From Acholeplasma sp. (lineage in GTDB: Bacteria; Bacillota_I; Bacilli_A; Acholeplasmatales; UBA5453), in the NCBI GenBank assembly GCA_036677365.1, contig JAVBWN010000014.1, positions 127,137-191,136 on the forward strand: a stretch of 64,000 nt of DNA. The letters are read 5' to 3'. Each line of letters opens with the position of its first letter. Position 1 is the first letter of the stretch. The notes beneath the pieces are model-generated. The model was not told where the DNA came from. It ran no database searches and was given only the letters and a program-made list of their open reading frames with translations. Made by a program: the position numbers and the translations under genes. Shown one piece after another: positions 58,307 through 64,000 of the stretch.

Positions 58307-58661
58307 ACTCAAGCAGTTACGTGACGAATCCTTAAAAAAGATGACCATGCGTTATCAAAAGAATGGCTTTAGAATTCAAGTTGGGATGGGTACCTGTGGC
58401 ATAGCCAGTGGTGCGAGACCGATTTTGAATGCATTTTTGGAACAAATCGAACTCAGTGAATTGAAAAATGTGACGGTGACTCAAGTCGGATGTATGGGCG
58501 AATGTGCCCATGAACCGATGGCAGAAATCATCGATGAGGCGGGACAGTCTTATATTTACTGTGCCCTCACGATTCCGATGGTCAGACAAATTGTCGAAAG
58601 ACACATTGTGAACCACCAACCGATCACGAAGTATTTACTCTCCGAAAGAAAGGACAAATAA
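58290..58661 (+). CDS. hydD: [FeFe]-hydrogenase delta subunit (thioredoxin-like 2Fe-2S ferredoxin)
   Basis: VGMGTCGIASGA, VGCMGEC..EP. Confidence 0.88.
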   Translation: MKTLDELKQLRDESLKKMTMRYQKNGFRIQVGMGTCGIASGARPILNAFLEQIELSELKNVTVTQVGCMGECAHEPMAEIIDEAGQSYIYCALTIPMVRQIVERHIVNHQPITKYLLSERKDK

Positions 58662-58664
58662 ACG

Positions 58665-60476
58665 ATGTTAGAACGTGTTCAAGTCCTCATCTGTGGGGGA
58701 ACCGGGTGCATGTCTTCGCACTCGAGAGAAATTAAAAAAGCATTTGAAGACGAACTCACTTTATTGGGCATCAAATCCGAAGTCGGTTTGGTTTTAACCG
58801 GTTGTTTTGGGTTGTGTGAAAAAGGCCCTGTATTGGTGGTATACCCGGACGAAACCTTTTATTCACACGTCACTGTGGGTGATGTGAGAACCATTTGTGA
58901 AGAACATCTATTAAAAGGTCGTCCAGTTCAAAAACTCATGGTCAATGACCCGATTGCGAAAACCAAGATCAAACAAATGAGTCAATTGAAATTTTATTCA
59001 AAACAAAAACGTATTGCACTAAGAAACTGCGGACAAATCAATCCGTTAGACATCAATGAATACATCGCACGCGATGGTTACATGGCATTGGGTAAGATTT
59101 TATCGGAAATGAGCCCAGAAGCTGTCATCGATGAAGTCATCCAATCCGGCCTTAAAGGACGTGGCGGTGGGGGCTTCCCAACCGGCATGAAATGGCAGTT
59201 TGCGAGAAGTTCTCAAAGCAAGATTAAATACGTCATCTGTAACGCCGATGAGGGCGACCCAGGTGCGTTTATGGATAGAGCGATTTTAGAGGGTGACCCA
59301 CACTCGGTATTAGAAGCGATGGCCATTTGTGGCTACGCGATTGGGTCCAACCAAGGGTATATTTACGTTAGAGCCGAATACCCTGTCGCGGTTGAACGTT
59401 TATATCACGCCATCGATCAAGCAAGATCCTATGGTTTACTCGGCAAGCATATTTTTGGAACCGATTTTGAGTTTGACATCGATTTAAGACTCGGCGCGGG
59501 GGCCTTTGTGTGTGGTGAAGAAACCGCACTCATCAAGTCGATTGAAGGCTACCGCGGCATGCCTACGTCTAAACCCCCATTCCCAGCTGTAAAAGGCTTA
59601 TGGGGACAACCAACCAACGTCAATAACGTCGAAACTTTCGCCAATGTCCCAGTGATTTTCTTACGTGGGGCTGATTACTTCAAATCGATAGGTACAGCCA
59701 AATCCTCAGGAACGAAAGTATTCGCTTTAGGTGGCAAAATCAATAATACCGGTTTGGTTGAAGTACCGATGGGCACCACCTTAAGAGAAGTCGTTTTTGA
59801 CATTGGTGGTGGGATTCCTCAAAAACGTAAATTCAAAGCAATTCAAACCGGGGGACCTTCCGGTGGTTGTATTACAGAAAAAGATTTGGATACCCCGATT
59901 GATTTTGATAACTTAACCGCCCTTGGTTCGATGATGGGTTCCGGTGGGATGATCATCATGGATGAAGACAACTGTATGGTCGACGTCGCGAGATTCTATC
60001 TGGACTTTACTGTCGATGAATCGTGTGGGAAATGTACGCCATGTCGTGAAGGCACCAAACAAATGCTCGATATCTTAAACAAGATTTGCGACGGTGAAGG
60101 CACATTAGAAGACATCGATGAACTTGAACGCTTGGGTGAAATGATCAAAAAGACCTCCTTGTGTGGTTTGGGTCAAACCGCACCTAACCCAGTATTATCC
60201 ACGATTAAACACTTTAGAGCAGAATACATCGCCCATGTTGTCGATAAAACTTGTCCAGCAGGTGTGTGTTCAAACCTTACTCACTTCGTCATTCATGACA
60301 ACTGTATTGGTTGTACAAAATGTGCGAAGAACTGCCCAGTCAACGCGATTTCGGGTTGGCCAAAACAAATCCATATATTGGACCAAGAATTGTGTATCAA
60401 GTGTGGCGCATGTAAGAAAGCTTGTCCAGTCGGTGCCATCACCTCTGAACCATTACATAAAGGAGTATCCCTATGA
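58665..60476 (+). CDS. hydB: [FeFe]-hydrogenase beta subunit (NuoF-like, FMN/NADH)
   Basis: N-terminal CGGTGC/GCFGLC, GRGGGGFPTG, ADEGDPGAFMDR, CGEETAL, GGPSGG, ESCGKCTPCREG, two C-terminal 4Fe-4S motifs. Confidence 0.95.
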   Translation: MLERVQVLICGGTGCMSSHSREIKKAFEDELTLLGIKSEVGLVLTGCFGLCEKGPVLVVYPDETFYSHVTVGDVRTICEEHLLKGRPVQKLMVNDPIAKTKIKQMSQLKFYSKQKRIALRNCGQINPLDINEYIARDGYMALGKILSEMSPEAVIDEVIQSGLKGRGGGGFPTGMKWQFARSSQSKIKYVICNADEGDPGAFMDRAILEGDPHSVLEAMAICGYAIGSNQGYIYVRAEYPVAVERLYHAIDQARSYGLLGKHIFGTDFEFDIDLRLGAGAFVCGEETALIKSIEGYRGMPTSKPPFPAVKGLWGQPTNVNNVETFANVPVIFLRGADYFKSIGTAKSSGTKVFALGGKINNTGLVEVPMGTTLREVVFDIGGGIPQKRKFKAIQTGGPSGGCITEKDLDTPIDFDNLTALGSMMGSGGMIIMDEDNCMVDVARFYLDFTVDESCGKCTPCREGTKQMLDILNKICDGEGTLEDIDELERLGEMIKKTSLCGLGQTAPNPVLSTIKHFRAEYIAHVVDKTCPAGVCSNLTHFVIHDNCIGCTKCAKNCPVNAISGWPKQIHILDQELCIKCGACKKACPVGAITSEPLHKGVSL

Positions 60477-62233
60477 AACCTGTACATATTACCATCAATG
60501 GGTTACCTTATACCGTCGACAGTACCCAAACGATTTTGGAAGCTGCCAGCAAAAACAACGTCTACATTCCCCGTCTATGTTTCTTAAAAGATGTGCATGA
60601 AGAAGCGAACTGCCGTGTATGTAGCGTTAAAATCGAAGGTCAAAAAAACTTAAAACCAGCGTGTAAGACTTTGGTCTCTGAAGGGATGAACATCATCACC
60701 GATGATCAAGAAGTCTACGATACCGTCAGTATGAACTTAGAGCTCTTGACCCACAGACACCATTTTGAATGTTTTAAATGCTCAAGAGAAGACAATTGTG
60801 AATTCTTGGATTTACTTAGAAAGTACTCTATTGATAACGAGTTTTCACAACTTTATGGGATGTTTGATGAAGAAAACTACTATTATCAAGACGATAATGG
60901 TGTGATGATCATCGACTCTAGTAAATGTATTTTGTGTGGTCGTTGTGTATCGGCTTGTGAGAAACAATCCGGATTATCTGTCTTACATTTCAATAACCGT
61001 GGGAATAAAACCTATGTCGGACCAGCTTTATTCCATAGCTTAGAAGATGCGGGTTGTATTTACTGTGGTAAATGCATCGGGGCATGCCCAACGGGTGCTT
61101 TAAGAGAAAAAGACGACATCAAAAACGTCGAACGTGTCTTAAGAGACCCGAAGAAGAAGGTTGTCGTCCAAGTCGCACCAGCGGTGAGAGCTGCTTTGGG
61201 GGAAGCCTTTGGTTATCCAATCGGTACCGATGTTGAAGGCAAGATGTTCCACGCCTTGAAAGAACTGGGTGTCGATGAAATCATGGATACCAACTTCACT
61301 GCAGACTTAACCATCTTAGAAGAAGGTACTGAGTTCTTACACAGACTCGAACATGGGGGGCCATTCCCAATGTTCACCTCTTGTTCACCTGGTTGGGTCA
61401 ATTTGTTAGAACAATATTACCCTGAATTTATCCCTAACTTATCCACATGTAAATCCCCACAACAAATGGCGGGCGCACTCATTAAAACTTATTACGCCGA
61501 TAAGATGGGTTATAATCCGAAAGACATCGTATCGATTTCCATTATGCCTTGTATCGCGAAAAAAGCAGAAGCGAGACGTGAAGGCATGGGTCGAGATGGG
61601 TATCAAGATGTTGATTATGTCTTAACAACAAGAGAATTTGCGAGACTCATCAAACGTCATGGCATCGATTTTAGAAACCTAGACGATTCCAAACCATTTG
61701 GGATGCTCGCGACCTATACCGGTGCTGGTGCGATATTTGGCGCTACCGGCGGTGTGATGGAGGCTGCACTCAGAACGGTATCCGAAATCCTTGAACAAAA
61801 AGAAACCCCGATCGATTTCTTAGATATGCGTGGTAACCAAGACATCAAAGAAGCGACTTATATGCTTCAAGGCAAAGAAATCAACGTCGCGGTTATTCAT
61901 GGCGGTGCCGCAACCAAAGCGTTCTTAGAAAACCTCAAAACCTCGGAAAAACAATACCATTTCGTCGAATTCATGGGTTGTACCGGGGGATGTATCAATG
62001 GGGGAGGACAACCTGTGGTCATCGCGAGAGACCAAGAAGCCTATGATGTGAGATCACTGCGTGCGAGTGTACTCTATAAGATCGATGAAAAATCTCGTAT
62101 GCGTAAGAGCCATCAAAACCCATTCGTTCAAGAACTCTATCAAAACTTCTTAGAAAAACCACATTCGAAGAAATCCCATGAGTTATTACATACCAAGTAT
62201 AAGAAACGTGATATTTATGCCAGTGTGGAGTAA
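60473..62233 (+). CDS. hydA: [FeFe]-hydrogenase catalytic subunit (group A, multimeric)
   Basis: 2Fe-2S, His-ligated and two 4Fe-4S domains; H-cluster motifs FTSCSPGW, MPCIAKKAE, EFMGCTGGCINGGGQP; HELLHT. Confidence 0.97.
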   Translation: MKPVHITINGLPYTVDSTQTILEAASKNNVYIPRLCFLKDVHEEANCRVCSVKIEGQKNLKPACKTLVSEGMNIITDDQEVYDTVSMNLELLTHRHHFECFKCSREDNCEFLDLLRKYSIDNEFSQLYGMFDEENYYYQDDNGVMIIDSSKCILCGRCVSACEKQSGLSVLHFNNRGNKTYVGPALFHSLEDAGCIYCGKCIGACPTGALREKDDIKNVERVLRDPKKKVVVQVAPAVRAALGEAFGYPIGTDVEGKMFHALKELGVDEIMDTNFTADLTILEEGTEFLHRLEHGGPFPMFTSCSPGWVNLLEQYYPEFIPNLSTCKSPQQMAGALIKTYYADKMGYNPKDIVSISIMPCIAKKAEARREGMGRDGYQDVDYVLTTREFARLIKRHGIDFRNLDDSKPFGMLATYTGAGAIFGATGGVMEAALRTVSEILEQKETPIDFLDMRGNQDIKEATYMLQGKEINVAVIHGGAATKAFLENLKTSEKQYHFVEFMGCTGGCINGGGQPVVIARDQEAYDVRSLRASVLYKIDEKSRMRKSHQNPFVQELYQNFLEKPHSKKSHELLHTKYKKRDIYASVE

Positions 62234-63116
62234 AAAAAGTTTCTTATTGGTATTGATTGTCACTTTATGTCTCAATCTTTTCGGATGTGAATCTAAAAAA
62301 TTAAACATCTTAATCCCCACCGGTAGTCCACAGTACGCCGCTGCCTATCTACAACAAAGTGACCATTACAATGTTACTGTCGTGAGTGGTGCAGACGCGT
62401 TAACGGCAGGGTTCAATGACATTGGTTATGACATCATCATCGCCCCAGTCAATATGGGGGCGAAACTATACGCAGCAAAACCGAATTACCAACTCTCAGG
62501 TGTCATCACTTGGGGCAATTATTATTTGATCAGCGCGTCAAGTATCGATCTATCTATGGTAGACCGATTGGACATCACTGCGTTTGGGGAAAACCAAATT
62601 CCGGACTTCATGTTGAAGTATATTGTAAATCACCACAATATTGAAGCGAACATCACTTACCTCGATTCGGTTTCAAGCGTCACGAGCGCTTATCTATTGG
62701 ATTCCTCCAAGATTTATTTAATAGCAGAACCGAGCATGAGTATTTTACAAACGAAAAAGTCGCTTCAATTTGTCGATTTACAAGCAGAATATCAAAACAT
62801 CACGGGAGAAACGGGTTTTCCTCAAGCCGGTGTATTCGTACACAAAAATATCACCACACGCGATTTAAATTTATTTCATTCGAGATTGATTCAATCCGTA
62901 TACGCACTCAAACATAACGAAGACGCGATAGAGGTACTAAAATCAGTTGGGATTGAACTCCCGGAAGCCGCTTTTAGTACAGCGATTGAGCGTTCAAACA
63001 TTGACTTTTTAGTCACAGCGGATGCGAAAGCATCGCTCATCACCTTTTATCAACTGATTTATGATTTTAACCCAAACTTTATTGGACAAATACCAAACAA
63101 CGATTTTTACAGGTAA
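62217..63116 (+). CDS. ABC substrate-binding lipoprotein (NMT1/SsuA/TauA-like)
   Basis: Lipobox LFGC; PTGSP, APVN..AKLY, WGN.Y, AEP, FPQAG. Confidence 0.75.
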   Translation: MPVWSKKSFLLVLIVTLCLNLFGCESKKLNILIPTGSPQYAAAYLQQSDHYNVTVVSGADALTAGFNDIGYDIIIAPVNMGAKLYAAKPNYQLSGVITWGNYYLISASSIDLSMVDRLDITAFGENQIPDFMLKYIVNHHNIEANITYLDSVSSVTSAYLLDSSKIYLIAEPSMSILQTKKSLQFVDLQAEYQNITGETGFPQAGVFVHKNITTRDLNLFHSRLIQSVYALKHNEDAIEVLKSVGIELPEAAFSTAIERSNIDFLVTADAKASLITFYQLIYDFNPNFIGQIPNNDFYR

Positions 63117-63119
63117 ACT

Positions 63120-63851
63120 ATGAAACATTGGATGAAATTGTCGTCAATTCTATCGATTTTCCTGCTATGGTATCTCATTTATTTGTGGGTCGACCACCCA
63201 CTCTTGATGCCTTCCATAAAAGATACCTTTTTGGCTTTATTTAGGCTGTTCGGCAGCAGGGATGCCGTGCTTGCAATGATGCACACTTTCGTGCGACTTG
63301 GCATCAGCATCGGCATCTCCCTTGCCTTAGCAATGATTTTAGCCTTTTTAAGTTATCGATTTAGACACGTTGAAACATTCATCCACCCTTATATGGTCCT
63401 TTTAAAAACCATCCCATTGGTATCGGTCATTCTCATTTTGTTCGTCCTGGTTCATTTCAGTTTAACAACTTATATCATCACCTTTTTAATGATTTATCCG
63501 ATTTTATATCAAGCGATTTTAACCGGCTTAAAATCTATAGACCAGAGTTATATCGATGTTTACAAATTAGAACAGGGTACACTTTTAAAAAGTATTGAGT
63601 ATTTGTATTTTCCAATGACGAGACCTTTCATTCTATTAGGGTTCTTACAATCCTTAGGGTTAGGACTCAAAGTCATTGTCATGGCTGAATTCATCACACA
63701 AGCTCAAAATGGGATTGGTAGAATCATTTATAATGCCAGAGTGAACCTGAGTTATGATCAAATTTTCGCCATTACCATCGTATTGGTCTTGATGACGTTT
63801 CTCATAGAAACGCTCGTTAAAAGACTCAATCAAGACATTGAACATGCATAA
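63120..63851 (+). CDS. ABC permease (NitT/TauT/SsuC-like)
   Basis: LLMPS, KTIPLVS, GLGLKVIVMAE, GIG. Confidence 0.85.
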   Translation: MKHWMKLSSILSIFLLWYLIYLWVDHPLLMPSIKDTFLALFRLFGSRDAVLAMMHTFVRLGISIGISLALAMILAFLSYRFRHVETFIHPYMVLLKTIPLVSVILILFVLVHFSLTTYIITFLMIYPILYQAILTGLKSIDQSYIDVYKLEQGTLLKSIEYLYFPMTRPFILLGFLQSLGLGLKVIVMAEFITQAQNGIGRIIYNARVNLSYDQIFAITIVLVLMTFLIETLVKRLNQDIEHA

Positions 63852-63880
63852 AAGCACAGTTAAAAGCTGTGTTTTTTTAT
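63850..63880 (+). terminator. intrinsic terminator ending the hydrogenase-ABC transcript
   Basis: AAAAGCACAGT-TAAAA-GCTGTGTTTTTTT. Confidence 0.8.
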
Positions 63881-63883
63881 TTA

Positions 63884-64000
63884 CTAGGAGTTTTTTATAT
63901 CCATCTAAATCATTTTTAATCGAGAAAGCTTTCTTAAAGAACTCTCCCGATTCATTTAAAATCACGATGTCATGTTTAGTTGAGGCGACATCAATTCCTA
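63884..64000 (-). pseudogene. N-terminal stub of an IS110-family transposase
   Basis: Minus frame from 63998 reads GIDVASTKHDIVILNESGEFFKKAFSIKNDLDGYKKLL, the DEDD_Tnp_IS110 N-terminus. It then runs straight into the host terminator and antisense permease sequence. Confidence 0.75.

Noticed and set aside
63660..63883. C-terminal part of the 101-aa minus ORF
   Set aside because: Read-through of the IS110 stub into the terminator and the antisense of the permease; not a real protein domain.
1..64000. CRISPR arrays, prophage, rRNA, integrases, UGA-Trp recoding
   Set aside because: No regularly spaced repeats, phage genes or rRNA-like tracts were seen. TGA terminates conserved genes (ftsY, mutM, accD, fabZ) at their expected ends.

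Overview
Gene-dense, almost entirely + strand core-chromosome window from a low-GC Bacillota-lineage bacterium. TGA is used as a stop and TGG for Trp (code 11). The compact intergenic spaces, Bacilli-type polA-mutM-coaE-dnaB-dnaI-thrS order and many lipoproteins suggest an Acholeplasmataceae-like mollicute; this taxonomy is inference only. Contents in order: topA (5' partial), tpx, ftsY-ylxM-ffh, polA-mutM-coaE-orf-dnaB-dnaI, T-box + thrS, an ABC-2 exporter, MFS + ArsR, Mrp + lysophospholipase, pstSCAB-phoU-phoPR with PHO boxes, TetR divergent from maoC-bcd-etfBA, AAA/DUF4143, ZIP, HmoA-like, FNT, DUF1538 + two PII-like genes, AEC, VTC-domain + DUF4956, tRNA-Val(GAC), a cytochrome-b5-like lipoprotein, a complete acc/fab (FAS II) operon ending in birA-bioY and a FabX-like flavoprotein, a GH3 lipoprotein, a tetrameric electron-bifurcating [FeFe]-hydrogenase operon with an embedded DRTGG/kinase/PHP cassette, an ATPase-less ABC importer pair, and an IS110 transposase stub at the right edge. 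Signals the ORF track does not explain: a 6S-like RNA heading the FAS II operon, a C-rich RsaE/RoxS-like sRNA after topA, inverted PHO boxes over the VTC/DUF4956 promoter, and a PDZ-like insertion in PstA. All calls come from reading motifs by eye; no searches or folding programs were run.
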